Position numbers and translations under genes: made by a program. Of a stretch of 64,000 nucleotides of DNA, positions 46,901 through 59,799 are shown in pieces (within the stretch, counting starts at the first letter, position 1; every line of letters begins with the position of its first letter). Source of the DNA: Lama glama. Lineage: Eukaryota. The stretch lies in assembly GCA_028534125.1 (NCBI GenBank), contig JAPYYK010000093.1, forward strand, positions 1,612,001 through 1,676,000. Reading direction: 5' to 3'. A model generated the notes under the pieces. It ran no database searches. It was not told the DNA's origin and saw only the letters and a program-made list of their open reading frames with translations.

Positions 46901-49900
46901 CTTAACTCAATCACATCTGCACGATTGCTCTTGTCATATAAGGTAACATATTCGCAGGTTTTAGAAATTAGGACATAGACTTCTGGAGGGGAGGGCGTTA
47001 TTCAACCTAACGCTTTCTTTTTGTAACTCCTAATTATATGTGTGCTAGACCTTCTCACAGTATCTTCTGTATCTCTTATCATCTCTTGTACATTTTCCGT
47101 CTTTCTAATTCTTAGTATTTCCTCTGACCTATCTTTCAGTGTACTAATTCTTCAATCCTGTGTCTAAACTGCTATTAAACTCATCCATTGAATTCTTAAT
47201 TTTGGCCTTTTTTTCAGTTTTAGAATTTCTGTTGGGTTCTTACTAAACTCTGTTATGTCACCTTTTATTATCTAATTCTCTACTGATATTTTCAATCTTA
47301 ATTTTTATTTATTCAGTATAATGTGTTTATTATGCTCTGTGTCTGACCGTTCCAATGTCTGAATCCTTTGTGGATATGTTCTGGTTTGCACTTGTAGTGC
47401 TTTTCTCCCTGTGTAACTGTTTGCTTTTTTAAAAAACCAAAACGTTTTATTGGAATATGATATATTACATAATAGTACACAAAGAATAAGTGTATGGCTT
47501 GCAGAATTTTCACAAACTGAACATACTCGTGCAACCAGAATTCAGATCAAGAAACTAGATATTAGCACTTCAGAAACCTCTTAGTGAGAGACTGGGACCT
47601 GGGACACTACCAGAGTGTTTACACTTGCACCTGGATAAACATCTTCCTGGAGCAACAGAATACAAAGACGTTATAAGGGACTAAAAATAACTGCACACAT
47701 GTGCAGTTGGGGCAAATTATGAACAATAAAATATAAAACGGCTCAACTGCCACTTCTGAGATGTTGGGAGCAAAATCAAGGTACTAGGCATGATCCCTGC
47801 ACCCAGTACCACCAAAGGAGTGGGCAGACCCCCTAAGCCACCCCTCCAGTCCAGTGCACCCATCCACCTTTATCCTCACCCCATTTAAGTGCTCCTGTTG
47901 CTTGTTTTTGCTTCCTGTGCTGCAGCTCGAGTCCCAATAAGGTCTTGCCTGAATTTCTCATCCAGCCTCTTACCAATTTCTATTGATTAAAGAGTTCAGG
48001 AACCCAGGTCAGTAACACTCATGCCCTCTTCCAGTTACACCCACCCCTCAGCCCACCTTTCCCCCACACATAAGAATAACTACTGTTTTGACTTCCAGCA
48101 ACATAGATGAGTCTTGCCTACTTTACTTTATGTAAGTGGAGTTATGCACAATATAGCTTTTTTTGTATCTGGCTTCTCCTCCTCTATGTTATATTTATGT
48201 AATTCATCCATAATTTTGTTCTTAGTTGTAGACTCGTTTGTCTCATTGCTGTGTGATATTCCATTATTCATGGTTAACTCTGATTATATGTTGTATATAG
48301 TATTCGAAAAATTGTTTATTAAAAAAATTGAGACCTAAGATGATAGTATCATCTTCCTGAAAGGACTGTTCCTCCTTGGTCCTAGGGGTAGGAGAATCTC
48401 TTAGTGGGAGACTAATTAAAGTTTAAGGCACATAGATGGTGCATAGCTGAGCTGTGTTTTGCTTTTACTGCTACTTGCTTTTACCTCTAGTTTACCCTTA
48501 CTTTGAAAGTATAGCCCTTTGGAGTCCCAGCTTAAATGAGGATATTATTATAATCCCCATCTCTAAGTGACCCTGGCTTTGAGTGTTGTCCCCCCACCCC
48601 CCAGTCAAAGCCTAGAAGGTTGACAGAATTTCAGCTCAGAGGTAGGGAAGGCCAAGCCAACAGGGCCAAAAGAAGGGCCAGCTGGTTGGAGTGTTTCTAC
48701 CAGCCAGGCTTGTGGGATGTACTATCACTGCCTGTGGCGCTGCCCTCCTTGTGGGCAGGCATTGGGTGGAGGAGAAACAGGACAGATGCCATTATGGTGA
48801 GGGTGGCTACCTGGTCTTTGTGTCTCCCCCCAAGCCAGGGCTCACCAGTCTGTTTTTCTGCTTCTCTTCCAGCCTAATTCAGTGGTTTGAGACAGCACCA
48901 AGTCGGACCTGCCCACAGTGCCGAATCCAGGTGAGGGTGGTGGGGTGAAAAAAACCTCAGCTAACGACATCTCCTTGCCAGGGAGCAGGAAAGAGGAAAG
49001 ATCTCTCAAGCTAAGGAGTATCTTTGACCTATTTGGACCCTCATGGTTTGAGGCTGATTGAGCCTTACTTGTGCTTTCGACTGGCTTGGGAGGTCTGCCT
49101 ATGCCCAGGGGTAGCTGACAGATGGACTTGTTGCCTGGACCAGTCCTCATCCGAGTAGATTTGGCTTCCTTCCCTGCCTTTCCCCATTTTCTCAATGCCT
49201 AACACCTAGAGTTGGGGTATCTTTTGAGCAGTTACCACATGGGTGGTCTGCAGTGACATGACTTCAGTAACCACCAAGCTAGTGGCACCAGCTTGGGATA
49301 TCTACAGCGTTGCAGAGATTGTCTGACTCCACGGGATGTGCTATGAAAGGTTAGGCCTGAGAACAGGCTTAGGTGCATGTTAGGCTACTTGTGTATCCCT
49401 GTCCTCCTTGCCCATGACCCAGCTGTGCAGTCATGCTATATCTTGTTCTCCCATCCAGGTCGGCAAAAGAACCATTATCAATAAGCTCTTCTTTGACCTT
49501 GCCCAAGAGGAGGAGAGTGTCTTAGATGCAGAATTCTTAAAGGTATCCAGAATTTGTCTCATTCTACTGAGCCCCAAGCCCTCTGAGAGTTCAGTTTCTG
49601 CTCCTACCAAGGGAGGGTAGCTGGAGTATGGAGATGGAGATCTAGAGGGGAGACTTGGTAGAGATTTAAAGGCAGAGGCAATGAGAGCAGAGGGCAACTG
49701 ATGGTGATACAGTCATTGGAGAAATAGGCTGTAGGAAGGAAGGGAGCTACTTGGTTGTGAGCACTTCCCTGGGGATTTCAGAGCAACTCTGACCACAAGT
49801 CAGATCTACAGCTATCCTTCTCAGCCCACTTTGCTGCTTGGACAGTTAGAGACAGATCAGAAAACGCTTCCAGTCCTCAGCCAGAGAAGATGTGTAGACC

Positions 49901-52900
49901 CACTTCACAAACCTGCCTGTGCCTCAAAACTGCCTGGGGAGCTTGGTATATACCCAGGGTCCTGAGTCTTTCCAGACCAAGAATGGAGGGCAGAGCCCCT
50001 GGAATCAAGATGTGCAGCCAGGATAGAAACCCACACTGCAGGGGAGGATGGGTGGATTCCCTCCTACACTTCTGCTGCTTCCCCTCCAAGTCTAAGATTT
50101 AGCTTTCTTTGTGCACAAAGGGGTTGTATTGGCAGAAACCTCTCAAGGAAGTGGGATTGAGGTTTGCAAGTGAACCTGGACTCTGAGGGTTAATTTGCTG
50201 GGAATTTGCTGGGCATCTGTCAGATCAGGATTCATTTGGCCCCAGCCCCAGGGTGCCGTGATGTCCTTGGAACCTCACAGCTTCAAGAATGTGGAGCTTT
50301 TGTGCTTAAAGCCAACATGTTCATCGTCATGGTAACTGCTCCCAGTTTTAAGCTGTGTCCTCCCTGTGATAAAGGCAACAAAAGCAGCTTCATTTCTTTC
50401 CGGCTTTCAAAGCCAATTCTAGGAGACAGGGAGGCAAAATCTTAAGTAGTTTGGAGCAAGAGCTTGGAAGGCACCCTGCTTAGATGTGGAAGGAGCCAGA
50501 GAGCTAGCAGTAGCTTTGGACTGACAGCCACTCTCAGGCAGCCCATGCATGCCCTTCTCTATCCACCACTTCCACCCCAGATGTCCAGCCTACGCTGACC
50601 AGCTCAGCCACCAACAGCTCCTGCCCCAGAGTCCTGGGTGGAGAGTTTGACAGCAGGGGCTTATCTGCCCACTTGGGCTGGGCCTTATTATTGGTCACAT
50701 GTGATATTCTGTATCTTGTGTTGACCTAGGAAGGGTGATCTGGAGGAGGATTTGTCTGGATTGCATCCAGCTACCACCCTGGACCCTTGGCCAAACCTTT
50801 CGGGTCTGCCAAGTCTGGTTTTCCTGCTTATGGAGTAGACACCTCTCTTGCCCATAGGGATGTTGAGTGCGTGGAACTCCTGGATGGGAGCTCAGCTCAG
50901 TTCTGCTCCAGCCTCTCAGTGGTTCTGCAGCAGTGGATTTGGAACATGCATGAACTTTGAGACGTTCATTTAACCCTCACAGTCTAGCACATGTGACATT
51001 TCACTCAGTGGGGCAGAGTTGTCCTGGCTCACCTACCGTAATGGGCCTGGAAGATTCATGGTACACAGAACCAGCTTAGAGCTTGGAAATGGTTAGAACA
51101 TGAAGCAGGCAGAACCCAGGGTGGAGACAAGGAGTGGTTGGCCATCCCAGCTCTGTGTCCCCAGTGAGAGCAGCTAATGCCAGAGAGGGTGAGGGCCAGC
51201 AAAGGCCCAGGGAACCAATGGAAGCCTCTGCCATGAGACTGACCACACAGGTCCAGATCCACTTACTTTGCCCTGTTGTGCCTCTTTTCCTGCCCTGGGG
51301 TCTTATACCTGAGATTATTTCCATTCATCTTTTCTACTTTTTAAAAAGGCACAAAGAGATAAAGCAAGGCTTCTCTCTCCATTGTTGACTTAGCTTGTCC
51401 TTGAGATGCAGCAGGGTCCTTGAGATGCTTCTCTGGATCTATAGGCCCCATTGTCACCTCCCGGGTCTCCCCACAAGCCTTATGGGAGGCCGAGTGGAAG
51501 CCAGCTCTGTTGCTTTTTTGCTGCTTATTGTGGATCTTGCTTTTCAGAATGAACTGGATAATACTAGAGCCCTGCTTTCCCAGAAAGGTGAGTTCCCAAG
51601 GGGCCCTGGGAAGCCCCTGACTTGGGTGCTGGAGGGAGAGACCCTGGGAGGAAGTCCTCCCTCCTGGCAGAGCCAGGGGTTCTCCCTGCTTTGTCTGTCC
51701 AAGAGTCTTATCAGCTCTTGTGATTGGCAGAAAAGGAGAGGAAAGGGAAGTGACTAAAGCTGTCCACCTGGACCAGATGAGCCTCTTCTCTGTCTGAGAC
51801 TTCTTGCCTAGGACCCAGGGTAGGAGGGGGCTACCTGGTAGGACAGAGTATTTGTAAAAGAGGGTTCAGCTGCCAAGTTTGGCAGGAATCTCCTTGAGTT
51901 CTGGGATGAGGAATTAACTAAAGCCACAGGAACAGGGATTAGTGAAGTCTTTATTCAGGTAGTTTCAAGCAGCACAAAGAGGGTCTCATCCTGGGAATGA
52001 AGAAACTCTGGCTGGGATTCCCTGGTTTGGTGCCTGCCAGCAAGAGAAGTGGGCCATCCAACCCTTTGCTCTGAGACTTGTTCCTCATGGGCTCTGGGGT
52101 GGGTGCTGGAGCCCAAGGGTCCAGGTTCTCATATGGATGGGTGAAGGGGCCTCTCCTCTCCCTCCATCTTCACCCCTGCTCCAGAGAAGGAAAAACGAGA
52201 CAGCCAGGTCATCATTGACACTCTGCGGGACACGCTGGAAGAGCGCAACGCCACTGTGGAGTCCCTGCAGAAGGCCTTAGACAAGGCCGAGATGCTGTGC
52301 TCCACCCTCAAGGTGGGTCCCCGGGTCTTGGGGGCGAAGATTGGTGGGGAGGTATAGTCTGAAGTCCTGGGCTCATTACTCTACTGGACGTATCATTTGG
52401 TTCTTGGCTAATACCTTGGTGTGTTCAGTTGTAAAATGGAGGCAAATCCCATCTTCCCAGGCCTCCCATACTGTGCCCATCCAGCCCATAAGAAAAGTGT
52501 CATATTGGCTACGCTTATGGATTTTGTACTTGGTAGTCTGGGGAGGCAAGCCCTTCCCAGTCCTTGGAGGGGCTGCTCAGCCAAGACCTCAGTGAGACTG
52601 AACCGTGTTTCCAAAAGTGGTTTGTACTCCGCTGACAAAGCCAGCCTGAAGAACCTTCCATTAGCACACTAGTCTGGCTGGGCTGCTCTCTGGAGCCAGA
52701 TGAAACAGCATCCCAGGGAGGAGCAGGGGGCCTTTGAAGTCGGCTGTGCTGAGCTGACTGGACAGATCAAAGCCTGCAGAGCAAGCGGCTCTAGACCCAG
52801 ATGAATTTTGTATCAGCCTGGGTTGGTGAGCCTCTTGCTCTCCAAGGGGCATGAGGTGATTGATCTGAATTCATGATTGATATTCTGGCCTCGTAGGAAG

Positions 52901-55900
52901 GAGCAGTCTTGCTGGATGCCATTCGAAAGGGAAAGGGAGCCATCCGTGTGATCAGACAGGGCCCCAGGGTGCTCATTGTTTCTATTCCTGCTTGGTGGCT
53001 GGGCTGGATCACGTGTCCTGGCCGGTGGGAGGGAAGGAGTGAACTAGCTCCTGGCTGCAGAGCAGGAGTCTGATGGCATTCCCGGGTCAGAGATGGAGTG
53101 GCCAGGTGCTGAGGGCAGCCTAGCCAGCTGCCTCAGGCTCAGCTTTCCTATCTTGGCAACCATCCATGACCCTAGATGGATAGTGCAGCCCGGATTTGTG
53201 CTTCAGGCTTCTTCAGCTTCCTGCATAGCATGTACCATGAGGCATGGGCCACATGATCCAGGCAACCCCCAGCAGGCTTGTCGATGCTGGCAGTGGGCTA
53301 TGCCTATGGCAAGACCTGTCTCAGGAGGAAGCAAGCAGAGAGGTGAGGAAGCAGTTGGCTTGGGGCCTCTTAGAAGAAAAAGCACAATCCAGAGTCGGGC
53401 CCAGGAGCCTTACTTCTGGGTTGTTGAAACACATGCTTATCAGCACTTTCAAAAGCAGACAGTTCTTGGTAGGTTCTCGCAGTGACTTTAGCCTTGGCCC
53501 CTGGGAGCCTCCAAGCAACAGGTATGTAGAGGTGCCTTCATCTGCCCTTCAGAAGCAGATGAAGTACTTGGAGCAACAGCAGGATGAGACCAAACAAGCA
53601 CGGGAGGAGGCCCGCCGACTCCGGAGCAAGATGAAGACTATGGAGCGGTGAGCTTGGAGCTGGGGCCCACCTATACCTTTGTGCTTCCAGCCCGCAGGGG
53701 CACAGCTCTCAGGAGCAGCAGGGGTTGGCCTATCTCTGTGGCTCAAATCTCCATAGGCCGTGGGAAGCGCAGGCCGGCTGGGTATGGGCACAGGTCTCCT
53801 TGCTCAGCCTCTGTGGGCTTCTCTACTTTCTGTGGGGCCTCTTGCCACACTCCTCCCTATGCCTGTTGCCTGTGGCCAGACAACCTGACAGGGCTTCTGT
53901 TCCATGAACCTCTCTCTGGGGATCCCTGACCTTGAGGTCCTCTGTCAGCACCCCTTCTTCTCCAGCAGCATCTCTGCAGCTGTGCCTAGCTCTGCTGTGG
54001 GGCTTTTCTTTGGGCAGACCTGCCTGCTAACGCATCCTAGCAGCTCAGGCTGTCACCATAGCAACGGCAGCAAAGGGAGGCAGAGCTGCACTAGGTATCT
54101 ACCCATCAGCCTCCAGATTTTAAATGCCGTGGGCTGGGTGTTTTTCAGGATTGAGCTCCTACTCCAGAGCCAGCGGCCCGAGGTGGAGGAGATGATCCGA
54201 GACATGGGTGTGGGACAGTCAGCAGTGGAGCAACTGGCTGTGTACTGCGTATCCCTCAAGAAGTGTGTATTCTGGTCCCTCTGTCCAAATCCAGGAGCTA
54301 AGTCATGGCAACCCAGCCATGCCTCTCCATCTGTTGCCCATCGCTTGTAAAGCAGAGCAGGTGGAGTTAAGGGGCAGACTCTAGAGCCAATCTGTCTCAG
54401 TTTGAACTCTCACCCCACCTCTCACCATGTGGCCAGGAGCAAGTTTCTTAACCTCTCTGATCCTCAGCTTCCCGAATAGAGATAATAATAACTTGCCTCA
54501 CAGGATTATTGAAAGAATTAAGTGTGAATTATAAGTGTTACTTCTAAGGAGGTTGGCACAGCTCTCTGAGCTATAAGCTCCATTGTGATATCCAGAGCCT
54601 GTTTCCCATCAGGACTGTTACTGACCCTGCCTGGTTTATATCAGAAACTTAGCTCAGATGCTCCATTACCATGAGTGTGAAGTTGGGGAAGAGGGGTCAC
54701 TTGCCTGACAGGCATGGAGGATCCCAGATGCCTCCTGTAGGGGCAGGTGGTGTAGAAGGCCTCCTAGTGAGGCTGGGGCTTCCTGTACACTCCCTTTTTT
54801 AATAACGGTACTGGGGATTGCACTGAGGACCTCATGCATGCTAAGCATGCGCTCTACCATTGAGCTTTTATCCTCCTCCACCCTGTACACCCTTTTAAAT
54901 CACCAGTGCCTACAAGACAGGCAGGGTGCAGAGACTCATCAACTTTCTTTGCATTGGGTACAGGACCCTCCACAGCACCACTTGGTCCCTGTTGGGCTCA
55001 GGTGTCAGAGTAGGAATGAGAAATGCTGAGGGTCGGATCTAGCTTTGTGTTTGGGTGGTGCTATGGCTCAGTCTGAGCAGCAGGTATCTGGTGCTGACAT
55101 CTCTTTCCATGGCCCCTTTATAGAGAGTATGAGAATCTAAAAGAGGCAAGGAAGGCTTCAGGAGAGCTAACTGACAAGCTGAAGAAGGACTTGTTTTCTT
55201 CCAGAAACAAGGTAACTTAGTGGGGAGCAGAAGGTGAGGGGTGAGGTGGCTGTCCTTTTGTCTTGCTCATTCATGTCTCCTAAGCAAGGTCATGGGGCCT
55301 GATGGTGCAGCTGGCTTCATGTGACTGGCTGTTGGATGACTCACAGAGACTGGTTTCTGGTCCTTACTGGGCATCAACTCTGGCCACGTGGCTTGTCCTC
55401 TTAGGGTGGCAGATCATGCAAGTATCCCCCCACCACCTGCACACTTATGCTCTTCCTGGCCCCTGGGTACCTCTCAGCTGACTGGAGCACACAGGTCCCA
55501 CAAGTGACAGCTGCAGGAGTCTGTTTTTGTACCAGGCCCAGAGTAGGAGGCCTCTTGGAACTTGGTTCAGTCAGCACAGCTGCTTTTATTTCTGGGCATG
55601 GTGCATCCACAAGCTGCAGGGTATGGGAAGCAGCCCTTGCTCCTGGGCAGCTCCAGATGGACATTGCCGGACTATGGTCCAGCCCCATAGAGCTCAGGTC
55701 TCCCACCATGTGCCCAAACTCTTCTGGGCTCCAGGCTTCCATGAGTTTGTGTAGCGGCAGGTTGGGGCAGGGCACATGGCCACCCCTTGGTTTGTCCTTT
55801 ACTCCTTATACTTCTCGTGTAGTTGCAGACAGTCTGCTCTGAACTGGACCAGGCCAAGTTGGAGCTAAAGTCGGCCCAGAAGGACTTACAGAGCGCTGAC

Positions 55901-56405
55901 AAGGAAATTGTGGTGAGGGACATCCCTGGCCAGGTGGGAATGAGGGGTGACTTGTGTGCTCTCTAAGAGCAGGTCTGGGGTAGCTCTGCCCGGGGACCTC
56001 GCACTAGTCAGCACTGGTGCCTCTGGGCTCCCTGAATCCTCCTGGGTCAGGACATGTACCTTGGCCCTTGGTCTGGAGCCTGGGTCTTCCTCACAGTTTG
56101 TCTTATGCCTACATCCTTGAGGTTACCAGAGGAGGGGCTCAGAGAGGGGTTCTGAGATCCAGTAGTCCTGGCCTCCTGAGCCTGATATTTGGGTTTCAGG
56201 CCTTGTTCTGTTACCAGTGGGCTTGCCCCTTGTGCATATGTTGCTATGTCCTTAGGAGTTGTTCTGGACTTGATGTCTCAGCCTCTCTTTCACACTTTTC
56301 TCTTTCCTTCCCCAAGAGCCTGAAAAAAAAGCTAACGGTGCTGCAGGAAACCCTGAACCTGCCGCCAGTAGACAGTGAGACTGTCAACCGCCTGGTTTTT
56401 GAGAG
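43948..56405 (+). CDS. TRAIP: E3 ubiquitin ligase TRAIP (RING-H2 plus coiled coil); exons 1-10, 3' part beyond the window
   Basis: Exons: 43948-44045, 48873-48930, 49459-49542, 51548-51587, 52185-52312, 53553-53647, 54149-54262, 55124-55211, 55823-55912, 56317-56405 (884 nt, frame continuous). [54 protein letters not shown] followed by coiled coil. No further exon recognised before 64000. Confidence 0.95.
44745..45115 (-). pseudogene. SNRPG: Processed pseudogene of SNRPG (Sm protein G) in TRAIP intron 1
   Basis: Reverse strand 45111-44887 reads [71 protein letters not shown], versus [81 protein letters not shown]. Intronless, ATG lost, three internal stops, SNRPG-like 3'UTR follows. Confidence 0.9.
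45130..46450 (-). mobile_element. L1 (LINE-1) fragments, including the 3' end; contains an assembly gap
   Basis: 'aagtgtacagttcagtggcattaagtacattcaca...ccatcaccac', 'ggaatagctggatcatacggtaattctatg'. Reverse-strand translations resemble ORF2 endonuclease ([20 protein letters not shown]; HTFFSSA; [11 protein letters not shown]). Confidence 0.8.
45884..46109. other. Assembly gap (N run)
   Basis: N run inside an L1. Confidence 0.99.
46610..47010 (+). mobile_element. MaLR (MLT1-type) LTR
   Basis: Typical MLT1 start 'ctgctgtaacaaattac..aacttagtggcttaaaacaa...ctggatgtcagaagtccaaaat' and end 'aggtaacatattcgcagg...attcaaccta'. Confidence 0.7.
47585..48017 (+). mobile_element. Solo endogenous retrovirus LTR (ERV1-like)
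   Basis: About 430 bp, TG...CA ends (tgagag...gtaaca), ATTTAA TATA-like motif and AATAA/ATTAAA signals near the 3' end; interrupts older L1-like sequence. TSD not clearly resolved. Confidence 0.6.
54355..54540 (+). mobile_element. MIR SINE
   Basis: 'gttaaggggcagactctagagcc...gcaagtttcttaacctctctga...ataataataacttgcctcacaggattattg'. Confidence 0.6.
54795..54882 (-). mobile_element. tRNA-derived SINE, short form, in TRAIP intron 7
   Basis: Reverse complement reads ...AGCTCAATGGTAGAGCGCATGCTTAGCATGCATGAGGTCCTCAG... Flanked by ctgtacac(t)ccctttt duplications at 54783 and 54883. Confidence 0.8.
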
Positions 56406-57093
56406 GTTTGTTGAATATCTGGGGTATGCAGGGGCCATAAGCTGGAGGAGCTCCCCGGTAAGGGTCTTCACTCATCTTGGCTTTGTGGAGTGGGGGTGGC
56501 CCATATGGGCCTGGAGGCTATGGACCTCTTATAGTGGGAGACAACCAAGATTTAGCTGGAAAGCAGCTTTGAGGTAAAGTCTGGACTCTGACAAGGGGAG
56601 GCCAGGGTAGGCCAGAAAGGAACTAAGAATGGTCAGAGAAAGGGCAGGAGCATTCTCTGTGCCAGGGCATTTGTTTATGGAATGGCTCACCTAATACATC
56701 TGTCTGCCCCAGATTCTCAAACATGAAACCAGCAGAATAACTTGCTTCTGGTCCCAGTAATGTGCGCATTAAAGCTGCCAGCAGAGGGAGCCAAGAGGCT
56801 GAGGGACGGGTGTCCCTGCCTGGTGTAGCCACCCATTCCTTTTCCTGAGTGTTTCACAGAAACAGGCTGAGAGCATCCTCAGGGCTATCTCCTGCTTAGC
56901 TGCCCAGCTGATGGTCTAGACAGAAAACACACAGCTCAGTGGTCCAGCCATTTTCATTTGAGCCATTTTTCAAGGTTGGAAAATCATTATGCTCCTTCTT
57001 CCCCACATCCAGTCAGTTGTTAGAGCCTGCCCACCTAACTTCGGTGGTTCCTTCCTGACCCTTTCCCTTGCTAGTGCCTCCACATGAGGCTTG

Positions 57094-57175
57094 TGATCCA
57101 TGCTTCCACCCCTCCTATCTGTTCAGCCCTGAGCTGATCCATGCTTCCACCCCTCCTATCTGTTCAGCTCTGGGC
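57094..57175. repeat. 41-bp tandem duplication
   Basis: tgatccatgcttccacccctcctatctgttcagc is identical at 57094 and 57135 (period 41). Confidence 0.9.
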
Positions 57176-57692
57176 ATCGTGCCGCTCCCTTGCCAGAACA
57201 CTTCTGGGGACCCTTTGCACTGTGCCTGAGGCACTTGTGGAGCCTCCTTGTGGGCTGCGGTGGATCTTCAGCCTTTAGCCACATCACACTGTCAGACACA
57301 GCAGAGCACCCCTTCCTTGCCTTCCTGCTCCTATTCCTTTCTGTGCCTGTGCTCTTCTCCATACTGAAGAGTTAGCTGCCCTGCCGAGCCTTCCCTAGTC
57401 TCCTCAGCAGAAATAAGCTCACTGTCCTCTGCATAGGTAGCTTCTTATTCAGATGCTGTGTCAGGAGCCAGGGGCCACAGAGGTGCTCTAGAGTCTGGCT
57501 GGAGCATGGTCCACCCACTGCATACACGCCCAGCCACCCGTAGACTGGAAGCCACATCCTAATCTGCGTCCCTCACCACTGACTTCCTTACACACATAGT
57601 GCTTTCCCTGCATGTAGTACTTGGTCAACGTCACAGGGGGAGTGAATGCATATAGGCCAGTTTCCTTTCATTCTTGTACCTGTAATTCCTCA

Positions 57693-57817
57693 TTTTTTCT
57701 TTTTTTTTAGCATATATTTATTTTAATTTTTCTCCTTAATGGAGGCACTGGTAGTTGAATCCAGAATCTTGTGCATGCCAGACGCACTCCACCACTGAGC
57801 TATACCCCCCACCCCAC
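57693..57817 (-). mobile_element. tRNA-derived SINE in TRAIP intron 10
   Basis: Reverse complement GGGGGGTATAGCTCAGTGGTGGAGTGCG...GATTCAAC with a poly(T) tail on +. TSD taattcctca at 57683-57692 and 57818-57827. Confidence 0.8.
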
Positions 57818-59799
57818 TAATTCCTCAGTCTTACTCTTCCCTGTCTTTCTTTGGGTCCTCCAGTCTCTTTATGGAGTTAGAGTTGTCTGGCTGCCCCAGT
57901 GTAGGTTGGACTGAGGAAGGGCTGTGGGAGTGTGAGGGGCACAGGACTCTGTGAGGTTCAGCCTGTGGTTGATTTTGACAAACTAAGCTCTTTGCTGGTC
58001 CCTCCTGCCAACTCTACTCTCAGAGCCCATCGGCCTGGCCACCTTAGAAGCCTCAGTAACATGAGGGCTCTGCCAGGAGATTGGCAGGTATAGTACCCAC
58101 CCTCAGGGAGCTAATAGTCTCAGTGACCATCTCATGTGGACAAACCTTTAGAACCCAAGCTGCTCAAGGCAAAAAGTAAAAATCCTTTTTCTAGGATATC
58201 ACTCAAGGGTGCCATCTGCAAGCTCCTCATGGTGCTCCCTTCCACTTTCCATTCCATGGGCCTCCATGTTTCCGTGCACTTGTCCTCTGTGTCCAGCATC
58301 CACAGTAAAGGACCCACAAGCACACAGGCTGCCTCTAGATGCCCAGGGACTTTGCATACCTGCTTTTGCTTACTTTCTTTACCACTCGAGGCTTCTCTAA
58401 GGTCTAGACTTCTACAACAGGTCTTTATTGAGTTCTTGCTGCATACCAGGCCCTCCCTGTCCTCTTGCAACTTGTGTTTCAATAGGATAGACAAGCTAGG
58501 GGGTTCAATAACCAAGCCCTGAGCCCACTGGCCACACACCACATCATGGGATTTGGTCTATAGCTCCCAGTTGGGATTGAGCCCACTTCATTCTGAGTAA
58601 GCCTTGGGTCAGGGCCTGCAGCCCACCTTGGTACAGAGGGAACTTCTCTGGTCTCTCCTGTCTTTCAAGCGAGCAGAATACCACATCTGATAAGCCTACA
58701 TCTGTACAAAACTGAGCTGGGCTTCCCATCAAGCTGTTTGCAAGCTGACGTCATTCCTTTTTCTCCAGTATTTCTCTGGGCATGAAAATTAGGGTGGCAG
58801 GTCTGTGCTTTTTGTATTAGCCCTTCTTTGAACTAGACACAATATGTTCTAAATTCAGGGTCTTTTTTAGGGACCCAAGCTCTCAAAAATAGTTGTTGAA
58901 TCTTCAGTAGCAGCTTTGCCCCATCTTTGTGCTCTGATGACGACCCTCAAAACTGAAAGTCCCCTCAAAAACCCTGTCTCTACCTTTCCTATGGCAGCTG
59001 ACAGGTTGCTATGTGGGTCTGAAAGGAGTCTTAGGCTTTCCTGACATATTGCAATGTAAAGGCATATTCCTGTAACCAACATTCAAATCCAAAGGAAGAG
59101 CAGTCCAGGCAGAGAGAATGGCAAGTGCAAAGGCCCTGAGGCAGGACTGAGTTGGATATGCTTCGAGGAGTCGGGCCAGCGGCAGACAAGCCAAATCTGC
59201 AGAGTTTCACAGGCCAGCCATGGAGTGCAGATTTTTATCCTAAGAACAATGGAAACTATCGGGATACTTGAGAAAGATCGCTCTGGTGGGACTGGTGCAC
59301 ACCTCTGATTTTCATCTGGTTACCTGTGAGATGGTTCCTCGAGCCTGCACTCCAGCCCAGGGGTACCAGGTCACCAGCTTGATGGGCGCCCTCTGAGACC
59401 TCTGCTTCACTACAGATGAAGATCCTATAGACATTCAAAGTATTGTGGGAGGCAGTTGGGTATTTGATTTTAGGTGTTTTCTGGATGCTTTGCTGTCACT
59501 CTATAACTTTAAAATAAGACTCCCTGGAATGCCTTGGAGATATATCCATGTTGGTTCCCAGAGATCTGTGTTATTCCTCCTGCCACCCAGTGTGTGTGAA
59601 GCACACAGGCAATGTTGACTCAGGCATCCCCTTCTCAGTGGATAGCCCAGGCATTTCCAGTTTTCCAAGTTGATAGCACCATAGGGAACACCCAAGGTTC
59701 CAGGGGAGAGGTGAGATGGCAAGACAGTCACCCTGGGACTTCTGTCTCTTGTATCTTACGTCTCAGTCTTTCTTGATATACTTCCTTGCTTTGCTAAAG

